Shown piece by piece: positions 23,898 through 36,780 of a stretch of DNA of 42,457 nucleotides. The stretch covers positions 1-42,457 of the forward strand of contig NIVC01004545.1 of the NCBI GenBank assembly GCA_002269645.1, given 5' to 3'. How positions within the stretch are numbered: position 1 is the stretch's first letter; every line of letters begins with the position of its first letter. The position numbers and the translations under genes are program-made. Under the pieces are notes generated by a model, which was given only the letters and a program-made list of their open reading frames with translations, had not been told where the DNA came from and searched no databases. This stretch comes from Macrostomum lignano. Its lineage: Eukaryota.

Positions 23898-24463
23898 AGT
23901 AAACTTCTACCATTGCCTTCTCACCTTAAGTTCTGTTTTCATGCTTTCAGTTCTTCGCTTTTACCTTTTTATTCTGTTTATTTTTCGTCTTTAGGATTTG
24001 GCCTTGGTTGGTCAGCATCCGAACTAAAGTGTACGCTGTTTTATGAAACCCGCCTCGCAATATTTAATGTACACATTCTATAGCCTTTATAAGAGCGTAA
24101 TATAGGGCTATTTTAGCAACGTTTGAATTATGCTTCAACAAAAACAATTTCTAAGAAATTTTACGTCTAAAGCGGTCATCCAATTTTTTGCACGTGAAGG
24201 AACGGGGCTTAAATTGTGTACCGCTAATCAAGACTAAGTTTGAGATCATAGCAAAACTTTAATAAAACATGTAATACCAGATTGCTAGGGCTAGGCTAGC
24301 AAATAATGAGCAACATGTACCGGTAGGCTAAGAAGCGGATTTAAAAACGACAGCCGATTCAAAGAATTCCTATTAATTTTTTTCGTTCTAACTGGCTTAT
24401 TAAACAGTAGCTAGAAGAATTAATTAAAAAACAAGCATTGAATATTTAATCAAAGAATCTATA

Positions 24464-24502
24464 TGCCAATGCATTTCCACAATTTCGGTCATCTTCATCG
24501 CA
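24464..24502 (-). ncRNA. Decayed hammerhead ribozyme
   Basis: Minus strand TGCG ATGAAGA T GACC GAAAT TGTG GAA ATGCAT T GGCA, at the position paralogous to 9418-9456. Confidence 0.6.
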
Positions 24503-24689
24503 GCTTATACAGATGTATTTGAAGACAGCACAATGCGCAGTAATATTTCTGCAGCAAAAAGTCCGGCTATGATAGAGGGGGCATAGAGGGGCAGAGAGAT
24601 AAAGAGAGTAGGGTGCAGTAGTCAGAAGTGTACACCCCATCCTAGAATACGTTGAGTTGTCGGCTGTCACCCCCTTCCATGGCAAACAG

Positions 24690-25040
24690 ACAGTTCAAAT
24701 TATGCGTCTGAGCTTTAATGTAGCTCGCACATGGCCTCTAAAGTACTCAGAGTGTGTTCAAGACGGCAGGAATAAATAACATTAGCCTAAAAACTCGTGA
24801 GGGTTGCCGTTACAACACGAATCACACGCGAGAAGGTGCTCTTGCTGAGCAAGAAATTCTTGCTGACAACTCAGCTCTGATGATCAGGGGAATTCCGTGC
24901 ATGGTTCGGACAAGGACCACTAGAAGTTACCGTTGCTTTTATTTACGCTGTAAGGCTACTGAGCATCACGCATCACCTCCAGCATCTAGGTTTATATATT
25001 GTAGATTACAGTCGTTTCGGGGACAAGACCATGGGACCCT
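24690..25040 (-). mobile_element. More decayed Penelope remnant, paralog of ~9560-9700
   Basis: Minus strand QEHLLACDSCCNGNPHEF vs QEHLLTCDSCCNSNPLDL; shared DNA gttcaaattatgc...atggcctctaaag. Confidence 0.6.
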
Positions 25041-25494
25041 TTAGTGACAGTCCTTTAGGTGAAAAGCATAATTTTATCGTGGTTATAAGTATTGCTTAGT
25101 GTTAAAACTTGAAAAGTTAAGATTTTTATCCAAATTGTATTTTAGATCAGACAAGTATCGTTTTATTTATTAATAGTATTGTTATTATTATTAATAAACA
25201 GACGCTGGCACAATGAGTCACGAAGAAAACGGTGGACAAAAGTTGAGTCCAGCCTAGCAGACTGAGGGGTAAGGCCCAGAGCCTGCAAATCAGAGAGAAA
25301 AGTGTCAGTCAGAGTTGTGGTGCAGAGACCCCTAAAAATTTTAAACTTTTGCTTGCTGGCAGCTTGTACAATACAAAGAAGTGTAGAAAAATATTATCAG
25401 CGGAGTAAATATTTAAGTTGAAATAAGAAGGTTTAGAAAATGGTTTAGAGCAACTCATTTTGGTACTCATCGTTTTATAAATCAGCGCAGCTTG

Positions 25495-25898
25495 TCACGG
25501 AAATTCGAATCCGTAGGCTAAAAATTCGCAGATGGTGACCGGAACAGCCTGCAGGTTGAGAACTCTAATTCTGCTGCCATAACCAAAGCAACTGAAGTTG
25601 GCAATGGAGAATGGAGTGCTCAGCACCACTCTCTCGCATTCCACACCGTTTACCAGCAGTGAGAAGTTGTTGAGTCGTTCTGAGCAGCAGTCTACCCTGT
25701 TGTAGATGGTGACTTGGGTGACGAGAGCGGCTTTCGCTAGGTACGCCTCCCACCACTGGTTTGGCTGATTATTTGTATGAGTGCAGTGCTCACCAGGATT
25801 TATTTTTTGACCAGTGCCTCCATCAATAGCTCTGGTGCAGACTCTGTCCCCAGCTGTGGTGCTCTGCTCGCAAGAAGGGATTTGCAATCGGGATATCC
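25495..25898 (-). CDS. Exon 2 of secreted lectin gene: F-type (fucolectin, F5/8C-fold) domain
   Basis: Acceptor ttatttttcAG at 25900-25899, phase 1, in frame with exon 1. Exact fucose-binding signature H-x26-R-x-D-x4-R (CTHT...NRVDCCSER). Stop at 25495. Confidence 0.93.
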
Positions 25899-25922
25899 CT
25901 GAAAAATAATAAAATTAGAAAA

Positions 25923-26472
<550 letters not shown>

Positions 26473-26493
26473 TGTATGTAAGCAAGTACTCAC

Positions 26494-26791
26494 GGAAATT
26501 TCGCACGTAAACATCCGTTGGTACGTTGGCAGACTTTAGAAAGCTCCGGAAGAAAGCGGTGGTGTTGAACAGGTGGCACGCATTCGGACTCCAATAGAAT
26601 CCAAAGCAGCCAAATCTCAGGGCGCACAGCATCGGGCAGTGGAAGTCGGAGACAACGGGCGCCAGCTGAAGAAATTCAGTAGGTACCTGGTTGCTGGTGC
26701 TATTAGCAACGATGAATGTCTGTCTACCTGGACAGCTGGCAACTACTAAGGTAAGCGAGGCAACGCAAGAAATCAGGAACAGAAGCAGCAT
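26494..26791 (-). CDS. Exon 1 of lectin gene: signal peptide + PAN/apple-like domain
   Basis: MLLLFLISCVASLTLVVAS hydrophobic leader; C-x3-C-x5-C-x-G-F-x6-C-x-L (CPMLCALRFGCFGFYWSPNACHL); donor GTGAGT at 26493, phase 1. Spliced product is 233 aa. Confidence 0.88.
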
Positions 26792-28341
26792 AGTTTCCGG
26801 GCGGTTGTTCGTCTGGGTTGACGCAAACAGTGTTCTGAACTCTTAGGTAACAGCTGATCTTAGAAATTCTAGTGTACGCGAGCATTTATCAAGTCACTAA
26901 AAATCCTTTCCTAGTTTTGTACCTATATCCTTCATCTTTGCTTTTAGCCAATCAGCCAAACTTACTAAGTTACTAAGAGTGACAGGAGCGTGTGCGACAA
27001 TAACTGAGTTTGCTGAGGCGTGAAGGCGCCAAAAATGTCGAGATTCGTTGAGACGATTAAACTGAGTTTCGCTTTGTGCGCTCTGCCTACCTGCTGTTAT
27101 TGTCAGCTATGGACTCGCATGAGTTCATCGCAGAAAAAACATCTGTCATGGAGTAGCAGTGGCATTTTCAGAATCCAAGGCAAAAATTATGCACAAGAGA
27201 AAGGCCTCGAGTAGTAAGTATTGAAGCCTGTTGTTTTCGCGAACTGATGGATTCACAGAGGCGACAGTACCTTTCCTGATGTCGTTTTCCTAGCAGTATT
27301 ATTGCCTCTAATATGCAGCTGAATTCAGCTGTATTGGCATATTGCAACAATCCATTCGGGCAGTCACCATGACTGTGATGTTTAGCTAAGCTTCAGAGAT
27401 ATAGCTGTCAATGGATAGCAACTGTGAGGTGCGATAGACATGCAAGGTGAGATCGAGTTGCATACCTACTCTACCCTTGCCATTGGCAGGCCACCTTGCA
27501 GAGAGTCAGGCGTATTTTCTACTAATTCTGGAAAAACGTTTTGGAATTCATTTTCAGGAAAAACACATTTTCGCTGAGAAACTCACAATGAGTCAATATT
27601 TTCGCCCGTTTTCACATTTCGTATCAGCGTCAATTTTACACAACAGTAAAAGAAAATAGCTTCTTCAAGGGCTACACAGAGGCTGAAAAATAGAGATGAG
27701 AGAGAGAGGAGGAGAGAGAGAATATTACCACAATGAACTATTTTTGCCCAAAGGTCTGTGCACATCACCTAGGTGACCACAAGGCCCAGATCTGTGAACA
27801 GACCTGTAAACAAATCTTTAAGCAATATAAAAGCAGAAACTTTAGCTCAAGAGCAGCTTCTAATTGCAAGTTGTCTCAAAGGCATCAGAGAAAGATACAC
27901 CTTTTGATCGATCATTGTTATTAATTAATATTTATTACTTCGCTGAAGCACTGCCGGACCAATTGGAGACTCTCGAAATGGCGGGAAGTTCTTGTAAATA
28001 AACGAATTTCGTATTCAATTAATTAAATCGAGTATTCAATTAATATTCCGAGAAAAATAAACCTAATTTTTTATGAATACTTCATTTTCCAGATTTTTTC
28101 CTTTTGACATTGCTCTTAATCGCGGGCACCGTTCCAGAAATTACCTGCCAAACAAGACGTGAGGAAGCCTGTTTTCTCTTGACTTGTTAACCGTACGTAA
28201 TTAGTTAAAGAAACTGGCAATTTTGCTTCGAGCAAGAGCACTACATAAAAACGTCATATAAATTACTAAAGTAAGGGCAAATCATAATGTCACTCTCGTC
28301 TGATTGAGGCCTAACTCACGGCTTTCTCCGTTTCACTGCAG

Positions 28342-28734
28342 CCAAATACTGCTCCGGATTTGTTCATCTCACAGCGGGGAGTGGCGAGATCGTTAGCCAC
28401 TCAACTGCCGGTGCGTCGGATTACCTCAACAATATGAATTGCACCTGGCAAATAGTTGCACCTGTGGGTGAAAGGATCGCTGTGTGGTTCACTTACATTA
28501 ATCTTCACTTTTCACGCGATTCGCCGCGTAGCCGGGACTACGTGGAAATGTTTGAAGGAATGAGCACATCGCACCGCACGTCCTCCATCAGATGCTTCAC
28601 TGGAATCGGATGGAGACCAACCAGGATGCCTCCTACAGTCGTGTCAACTTCAAACGCTTTAACTGTGCGCTTCATATCTGACGGCAGTGCAACAGATAAA
28701 GGCTTCAGACTTCGTTATGAAGCCAAGGTCATTC
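28342..28734 (+). CDS. Internal exon encoding a CUB domain
   Basis: Acceptor tttcactgcAG, donor GTAAGT at 28735, 393 bp phase 1-1. CSG...SGEIVS...Y(L)NNMNCTWQIVAP...DYVEMFEG...VVSTSNALTVRFISDGSATDKGFRLRY. Confidence 0.92.
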
Positions 28735-29065
28735 GTAAGTTTTTACAATCTATTCTGGTTCAATTCGCCAGTTATAATACTATATAATTTTAATCATTTC
28801 TTTGCACGAGTATCCAGTATCCGAAAAACAGAAGCCATTATAATTTAACGATTTGTGTAAGGACTCTGGGAAAGTTATGCAAATTTGTTGTGTCGTCCCA
28901 GGCCAATTAAAGCATTCCTAAGTCTCCGTGAAAATCACGGTAACATAAAATTCAAGCATCTACTTAAATTGTTGGATAGTCCATCTCTGCTGTTTTCAAG
29001 TTTCTGAGCTTTTAATTTTTCAATAAAAAATTAATACTGTATTCAATACCCACTCGTGCTTTTAG

Positions 29066-29448
29066 CGCACAACGGCTCATGCGGTTCGATCCAGTTTCTG
29101 GATGCGTCAAACACATCGGGAGTGATCCCCAGTCATCAGGGTCGAGCTGGTGGCATGCTTTACTCATCGAACATGACGTGCGAGTGGCAACTTCCACAGA
29201 TTCCAGGCCTCACAACCGACGTGACCCTCCTGAACATATCGCTTGCCAAAGGGGACAGCATGTGGCTGACTGCAGCCGCTGCCTCCGGTCCAGGACGCCG
29301 CACCTTCCATGTTGCACTCGACTGGAATACGATCAGCATCAATAGGACACTCGAGCCAGCTGTCGACGTTCGGATGCACTTTAAATCGGACAGTTATTCA
29401 GAATCAACGGGCTTTCTGATCCACTTCCGCCTATATAATGGTGAATAA
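29066..29448 (+). CDS. Exon encoding a second, divergent CUB domain
   Basis: Acceptor gcttttAG at 29064-29065, phase 1 and in frame with the previous exon. CG...SGVIPSH...YSSNMTCEWQL...VRMHFKSDSYSESTGFLIHF. Ends at TAA 29448 or at a possible donor GTGAAT at 29441. Confidence 0.85.
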
Positions 29449-31260
29449 TGAATAGTTTCTACTAAGTTTTATACAAAGTATTAGCAACACAGATCACTTC
29501 ATTTACACTCAAACACATAACAGTGAAGCAGCCGACACCACAGCCACAGCCACAGAATGGTGTAAAACTGGGGAGAGGAAAAGTTTCTCAGAAATAGTTT
29601 CAGTAGATAGTAAGCAGACTTCGGTTAGGAGCTTGAATATTTACTACCACCTATTGAATAGTACGAGCCATGATATTTCCACCGCGCATGCAAGATAAGG
29701 CAGTTGCAGATCGATGTACTCCTAAAAAAGGTTCTGTCAAGAGTGTCTCTGAATTCTCCCGATGACTTCTACGCTTGAGAAAGACCCAGACATGCCAGAT
29801 GTCGTTGCTCACGTCTGAGAATCAGGAAGGCAAGCCATTCCCCCAAAAGTTATCGCTGTGTTATTGTACCAGTGAAGGCCCATCCCTCCCATTCACTCAT
29901 ATTATTTGGACAACTTGTGTCGCAAAGTGTAGCAATTAAGATTCTTGATGCGCAATTTACAGCCATTTAAAATCGGACTTTACTGCCATTACAGCCTCGG
30001 AGGAACCTAAAGTTACTTGGACGGACAATCCACTCCCATCAACCGGCCCGGAGTTGTCTTCAAATCTTGTCAACATTTTTGCTGTTGCCTGTTTTTCCTT
30101 TGCGGTTGGTTGGCTGGTTAGCGTTGCCGTTTGAAGCTCGTAAGAGTTTGGTTGAAATGGCCAAGGCTGCATGACAAAAAATCCAAGTTTGATATAATAA
30201 ACATGAATCTCTCATCAACCTCTCATTTTGGCTCCATAAATTTATTTTGAACTTATCAGCTTTCGCATTATACTCGCAAAAACTTAAAATCAGTTTCCTT
30301 AAGACGAAAAGAATGAAAAAATATTAATGCTATGTTTCATTTTTTCTGTAACAATCGATTTTGTTTATTTTTTATTGGTTAAAACTGGATCTCATTTTTT
30401 TAATTACCGTCTCTTTATTTTCCTGTTCTTTTCTGGATTACATAAAATTTCCAGTGAAAAATTTGTGACTGTATCACTGAATCATAATATATTTGCATGT
30501 TACTTTAATATCAAGCGCGCTTATTCGGCTCTCAAATCGGTCTTCCCGTATAGTTTCATATAATGCTACGATACGACCGGATACTGTGGAAATTTTGAAG
30601 GGTATAAAAAGCTCCAAGAACAAATACGATTCTGTATCTGTGTTTGCCCATCCCATTGTCGTTTGCAGTGTTGCCTATATTTAAAAAACTGCAAGCAAAC
30701 AGCCGAAATGCAAATTTTGTTCGTATTTATTTTGCGTCTATCTACACGGCGTGTAAAATACTACACCTAAATCAGTATGTAATTTTGGTCTTGACTGACG
30801 CTCTAATGTCAATTTACATCACAAATAATAAATACATGTGTATAGACTATAGTCTCTGCAGAATGTAGCTATTGCACGACACAAACACGAAAAAGACGAT
30901 GACAATGTACTTTCCGGCTTTGCAACCGTGCTATCAGTAGCCCGTCTATTCCTAGTTTCCATCTAAACTGTATGTTTTCTAGGCCGCTTGCCTCGACACA
31001 GGAAACATAGACATTAATCTAAAAATTCGCATGCACAGTACGATAAAGAATTGTATGCCCCCACTAGCCTCCAACACAAATGAAACTGAGTAAAGTCGAT
31101 ATAATCTCCATTATTTCCTCAAACTGTAGAACTTTTTTTCGAGAATAAAAGGATCGGCGCAAACAACATGGCAAATATTTAATAGTATACTAATAGACGA
31201 GAATAGGAGTAAAAGTTTTTTGCCCAGTAGACGACAGGGCCGTGAGTATGAGAACGTTAC

Positions 31261-31746
31261 TCAAGGACTCCTCAAGTGGAAGGACGGGACGAGAAGATGT
31301 ACATTTGTATATTTCCTGTGGCTAAAAGCCATTAAAATGGACGGCTCAGCTCATCGATTTTATGGGTCTGTTTTATCATTCTTAGCTGACTGTATATAAC
31401 AATATGTGTTATTGAAATGATAAAATAGATTCATAAAGCCAATAAATCGAGCCGTGCCATGCGTTTTATGGTTTTTAGGTACATGGAATGTACGTAGAAT
31501 AAAAAACTAACATAGAATCCTAAATTTTCTAAATGAAAAGGTTTATGAACATCGATAGAGCAATAAGAAAGGCACGTACAACATATCAAAAGATGAACAC
31601 TGGGTCTGCCTCCTATCGAAGGCAATAACAATTGTTGTCCTGAAAATGAAAACTTCCTATCTCCGTCGTGTATTTTTCGGAAAAACTGCCTTCTAAATTT
31701 TTCAAAGAAACGAGATTTACCGTCCCTCTACTTGAGGAGTCCTTGA
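31261..31746. mobile_element. Foldback/MITE-like element
   Basis: 27-bp terminal inverted repeats (25/27; 31261-31287 and 31720-31746), an inner imperfect inverted pair (~31322-31381 / 31414-31478), and flanks CGTTAC / CGTGAC. Confidence 0.5.
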
Positions 31747-32329
31747 CGTGACAGTAGGATTTAAAAACTCCCATATCGAAGGTGAGAACGAGGGGTTTGG
31801 TGAGAAGGGAACAGTCTAGTAGTTCGGCAAGAATCCTTTTTGGAAAAGACAATCGGGGCATACTGCATCGTCAAAAGAAAGAAACATTTTGATTAAAGCT
31901 TGACCCGTTTCGGTGAATCAAAAGTATTGCTAGCTAACACTGACACATCCTTAAGTCATAAGTATCGGATTAATTTTTTACTTCGTGAATTTAACAAACC
32001 TAAATCTGAGTATAAGTTTATGCAATCAGCTAAATCAGCAGTACTCTAGAGATAGTATCTAGAATAGTCTTAAACCTGAACTAAAACGCCCAGAGGCAAA
32101 ACAACACAAGATTAACACCGCAGCGTTTCCGCTTTTGAAACTTGTCTCGTTTAAGAAACATTTTTTTATTCAGCTTTTTCGATCCACTCCGAACAACAAA
32201 GCCGGAACTCGCTGAATGAAAAAGTTCAGAATTGCTTGCATCGCATCCCGAGCGCTATATCAATTCAAACTGCTTAAGCTAACTTTTTAATAACACCTGT
32301 CATCTTGCCCCGATGGATGTAATGTGGCT

Positions 32330-32555
32330 TGTGTAATATTTATATTCGCGCCATATTTATATTATTTCATCAAGATGCTCGTATGGGTTATGATTTAAGT
32401 ATCAGATTAAACATGCCTTTTGAGGGAGTTATTTGTATAAATCACGAGGGCCTGAGGCCCGAGGGATTTATGAAAATAACTCCTGAAAAAGGCATGTGTA
32501 ATCTCCTATAAACCATAGACATAAAGACTTTACGGGATATTATTGAATATTACCA
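32330..32555. repeat. Imperfect palindrome (MITE-like) centred on GGGCCT-G-AGGCCC at 32454
   Basis: Arms CATGCCTTTTGAGGGAGTTATTTGTATAAATC and GATTTATGAAAATAACTCCTGAAAAAGGCATG are symmetric about 32454; weaker symmetry extends outward. Confidence 0.7.
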
Positions 32556-33254
32556 AATAAAATCCCGGAGAACGCAAATATTGTCACGGAAAGTCTTAAT
32601 TTCTATGGATTATCTTTAAATCATTGTAACCGTATGGCAACTCTATTGTAATATTTTCTATTTATAAATATGCTCTTATAAAAAAATAAGGCAGCACCGG
32701 TTTCAACGAAATATAGGCTTTTCTATGGTCTTGTTCGATCTACTCACAAAAAAGCTTACTGAAAAAAGCTTCTTTTGTCTCCTATTTCGAATGCTGAATC
32801 AAAATTCTGGAAGCGCTACAAACTTTTAAAGATCTATTGTTAAGAGACAAGAAAATAAAAAACTAACGGTTACCAAGGGAACATTGGTGAATAACTAATA
32901 CGCTCGTATAACATAAATGATTTAAGTCTGGAGCAGTCATTTTCCATAGTTCAGTTGCGAGTTGATATTTTTAACGAATATTAAAGTCGATGCTTGACGT
33001 TTTGGTGATTTTAAAAGGTGTTGTGAAGTTAGGCGTTGTGAAAATAGATGCTTAACTTATGCACTGTGAATTTTAGGGCTTGTGAAACTCCACTATGCAA
33101 GTAAACATTCATGGATGGCGGAAAAGTGGAGGTGAGAAAAGATCGGCGAGAGAAAGAAAAACGAATCGGATCGCAAGCAGCAAAAATACGACGCTCGTAT
33201 TGGCCTCGGACTACCGCTGCACTAAATATAATGCAGAAAATTAACATATAATCT

Positions 33255-33857
33255 ATAATGATTCTCAGAGAATATATCATGATTCTCAGAGAATATATAA
33301 TGATTCTCAGAGAATATATAATGATTCTCAGAGAAAATATAATGATTCTCAGAGAATATATAATGATTCTCAGAGAATATATTCTATAATGATTCTCAGA
33401 CAAAATATAATGATTCTCAGAGAATATATAATGATTCTCAGAGAATATATTCTATAATGATTCTCAGAGAATATATTCTATAATGATTCTCAGAGAATAT
33501 ATATTCTATAATGATTCTCAGAGAATATATTCTATAATGATTCTCAGAGAATATATTCTATAATGATTCTCAGACAAAATATAATGATTCTCAGAGAATA
33601 TATAATGATTCTCAGAGAATATATTCTATAATGATTCTCAGAGAATATATTCTATAATGATTCTCAGAGAATATATAATGATTCTCAGAGAATATATTCT
33701 ATAATGATTCTCTGAGAATATATAATGATTCTCAGAGAATATATATTGATTCTCAGTTAATATATAATGATTCTCAGAGAAAAATAATGATTCTCAGAGA
33801 ATATATAATGATTCTCAGAGAAAAATAATGATTCTCAGAGAATATATAATGATTCTC
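33255..33857. repeat. Minisatellite of 21-bp (ATAATGATTCTCAGAGAATAT) and 26-bp (+ATTCT) units
   Basis: Read directly; each unit contains the inverted repeat ATTCTC-A-GAGAAT. Confidence 0.95.
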
Positions 33858-34113
33858 TCGGTCAAAACGCCAAGGGATTTCAACTGAAGCACCGAAATGA
33901 AGCCCGAAGTACAGCTTCAAATCAAACCCACTGCGATCGGTAACTGGCCGGGCCAGTCAACTTTGAATGATGAGGTCCACCCTAGTCTAGAGCCTCAAGT
34001 TGACGAAACTGAAAGAATTCAAGTGAATTCTATTCCTTTTGCGCAACGAAGGGACCTGGATGGAGTTCTTCAGCCTTCTAATTGACTGACTGATCCGACA
34101 GGTTTATAATATA

Positions 34114-36354
34114 TGATGTAACCACGCTCTGGTCGCGGGATAGGGCAGGGGAACTTTTTCGAAAGTGCCTCCTATCGCCGTGCACCCCCTGCACAGAGCT
34201 GTTGAGACTCGGCCAGGTCTTCGACCAGGCCTGGAGACTCCCGCTCTGCTGCAACCCCCCCCCCCTCCTGCTGCCTTGGCTCCGTCTCCCCTGCCGCCAC
34301 ACTTGCCTTTCCGGAGCTCCCCCTCCCTCTTTGTACCTCCCCCTCTACCTCATCTCCCCTGCGCGCCTCCCTATTCTCTATGCACTCTTCCTGTCTCCCC
34401 TCTTTTTTGCCCCTTTTCGCCCTATTTTCCTGCGCTGTCCTCCCTTTCTCTGCGTCTACTTACAGTATTTTGTGCGCTCACCGTCACCCCATCCCTTCTC
34501 AAACTCCCAAACGGTGACGCAAGTCGTGTGACCCCTTCTTCCCCTCGATGACTCATCGATGACTCATCACCCTCTCTTGCGCAACCTTTTCTCACGCCAT
34601 TGTTCTCCTCCCCAAATTTCTCATGCGACACCCACCCCACCTCCGCTTCTATTGTTCTCATTTTTGATTCTTTTGTTCTCTTTACCCCCACCAATTATCA
34701 CATTTTCTCCGATTTTCTCTTTCTATTGTTCTCGTTTTCGCACCTAATTATCACCTTTTCCCCAATGTTTGCTTTTCTATTGTTCTCGATTCTCCCCAAT
34801 TATCCCCGATTTCCAATTCCTTTGTTCTCGACCCCAGCCCCATTGTTCTCAATGTTTGCTTGCGCAACACTCCCGCGACCTCCCGCTGCGCCAATTATCC
34901 CCCCACCCCACCTCCGGATTGCGCAATTCTCCCATTTCTCATGTTGCTATGCCGGTCTCATGACTCTCATCATGACTCATTCTGACGTCATTCTGCCGGC
35001 GGCCAATCAGAGAGAGGGAGTCATGGAAATGACCTTGGAGCGGCGGCTGGGAAGGCTATATAAGGAAGCGGTTTTCGGCAGGAGAATGCTAAAACCCGCC
35101 TTTTCGGCCCGGTTCGACCTTCGGGCTCCTCATCTTTCTTTGGACTTGCTGTCAGACGTAGCTCTGACCTATTCGTCTATAGGACGAACCTCTGCCGGTC
35201 CGCGGTCTGATACCGCTAAGTTATCTTCAGCTCCCCAAGTGAGCTCGCCTATCGGCCCGCGGTCTGATACCGCCCAGCATCATCAGCATCGCCTGATCTA
35301 CATCAGCGCCTCGTCGCTTCAGCGCATCGCCGCTTCACTGTCTGCCTGACTGCAGCCTACAGCCGCCCTCGTCACTCCGCCTCTCTCTCTCTCTGTGCAG
35401 CTGCCGGTAAGTTCCTGTTACTAATTTGTGCTCTAATCGCCTTGCTTATCCGGGGTTTGCCTATTTTGCCCTTGCTTGACTAGAGAGCTGAGCCGATTGG
35501 GATACCGTAAAGTTTTGCTGTATTTTACTCAATAGTGAAGCCGCCTAAATTGCCTGATTATTTGCCTAAGGGCCTAATTATTAACTATTAACTAACCTCA
35601 TCATTATTCACTCTTTCACCATCATTTCACTCATGGCTTGCTAAGCCTTTCTCCCGTGGTGGCAAAGCATAAGGAAGTGTGGGTAAGCTAATGGCCTCTC
35701 CCCGTGCAAAGCTCGCCTGTGAGTGCGTGCTGCGGGGCCGTGTGTGCGTGCAGTAGAGGGATTAGCGAGTCTTGGCACAGAATGGCAGTAGGAAGGTTGC
35801 AACCCCATGCTGACGCGTCCCTTCGCCCTGAGCAATCTAAACTATAGACAGTACATGTTCGCCTCATACTACTCTTAGTAATCAAAGTCGCAAGTCAGCC
35901 TCGCTCACAGCCACAAAGGATCCCCTGCTGGGAAATCCCCCAGATTGAGCCCAGAGTTCCCGATCATGCCCCAAGCAGAGTCCCTGTACTCGGCTGCATG
36001 TGTCTCCCCTGTTAGCCTAAATCTCCTGGTAACCATCCCAGGCGGGGCTCTAGCCTCGAGAGGTCTGGTAGAAAGATCCAGGTGCGCCAGGTCACATAGA
36101 GTGGTGGCAGCCACTCGGTCATACTCTGACCGAGTGACCAACTATTGCACCTTGGCTACAGGTGGGGTCCATGTGGGTCCTTGGCCCTCTGGTCACAAAG
36201 CGCTACCAAAGCTATCAATCATGTGAGCGGGACAGTCTGGTGCTGGAGGTCCGTCAGGTCATTGCCCGGTCATAGGCAGCCTACGGTCATTGCCCCCTCT
36301 AGTTATGCGTTCGTCTCTCAACGGATCGGACAGGCGACAAGGGCGGTTACATCA
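34114..36354 (+). mobile_element. 2241-bp TG...CA element (solo LTR, or Ginger-like non-autonomous TIR element) with 4-bp TATA TSD
   Basis: TGATGTAACC (34114-34123) / GGTTACATCA (36345-36354) are a perfect inverted pair. TATA at 34110-34113 and 36355-36358. GC-richer than flanks; no RT, integrase or transposase motif seen. Confidence 0.7.
34549..35063 (+). promoter_or_regulatory. Pol II promoter inside the TG...CA element
   Basis: TGACTCA at 34549, 34560 and 34973; TGACGTCA at 34983; CCAAT at 35003; TATATAA at 35057. Confidence 0.6.
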
Positions 36355-36593
36355 TATATCTATATTCTAGAGAGTGACCGAACCCAATAAGTGTTTTGAA
36401 CTGATAATTAGATAAAAAGATATGCAATATCCAGTGTTCCCAGGTACTCGTAATGAGCTCTCTATCGAATGTTTAAGCAGCATCTTGAGGTAAAACTACA
36501 GGGCCTGGTTGCATAGACCTGTTTGTTTGATGCAACGATTTTTATTCAATATATTTGCTGCAGAATTAGTTGTTGTTGTGGTTATTCTTTTAA

Positions 36594-36780
36594 TAATTGC
36601 AACTCGTGGGCGATGAGCTTGCAAAAAGTGAGATACCTTCCACTTCGACATGGCAACTCTCACTCGGCTGCCGTATTTGTAGCAGGTAAAGTTGAAATTT
36701 GAAGTAGAGAATGGAGCTGTCAGCTAGGTTCACGCGATTGCACTCGACGCTGTCGATCTGCAGTGAGCGAGAAGTTCTGG
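36594..36780 (-). pseudogene. F-type lectin remnant (C-terminal half)
   Basis: NFSL-QIDSVECNRVNL...FSTSNFNFTCYKYGSRVRV...LTFCKLIAH aligns with NFSLLVNGVECERVVL...FSIANFSCFGYGSRIRV...VTICEFLAY; frameshifts. Confidence 0.7.

Noticed and set aside
27035-27214. First exon of the CUB gene
   Set aside because: The ATG frame meets the GTAAGT donor (27214) in phase 2, but the CUB acceptor needs phase 1; the phase-1 frame has a stop. Unresolved without cDNA.
34600-35349. 249-aa ORF and the Pro/Leu-rich ORFs at 34165-34551 and 34202-34531
   Set aside because: Low-complexity pyrimidine-rich promoter-side sequence; no domain; the frame runs through the CCAAT and TATA boxes.
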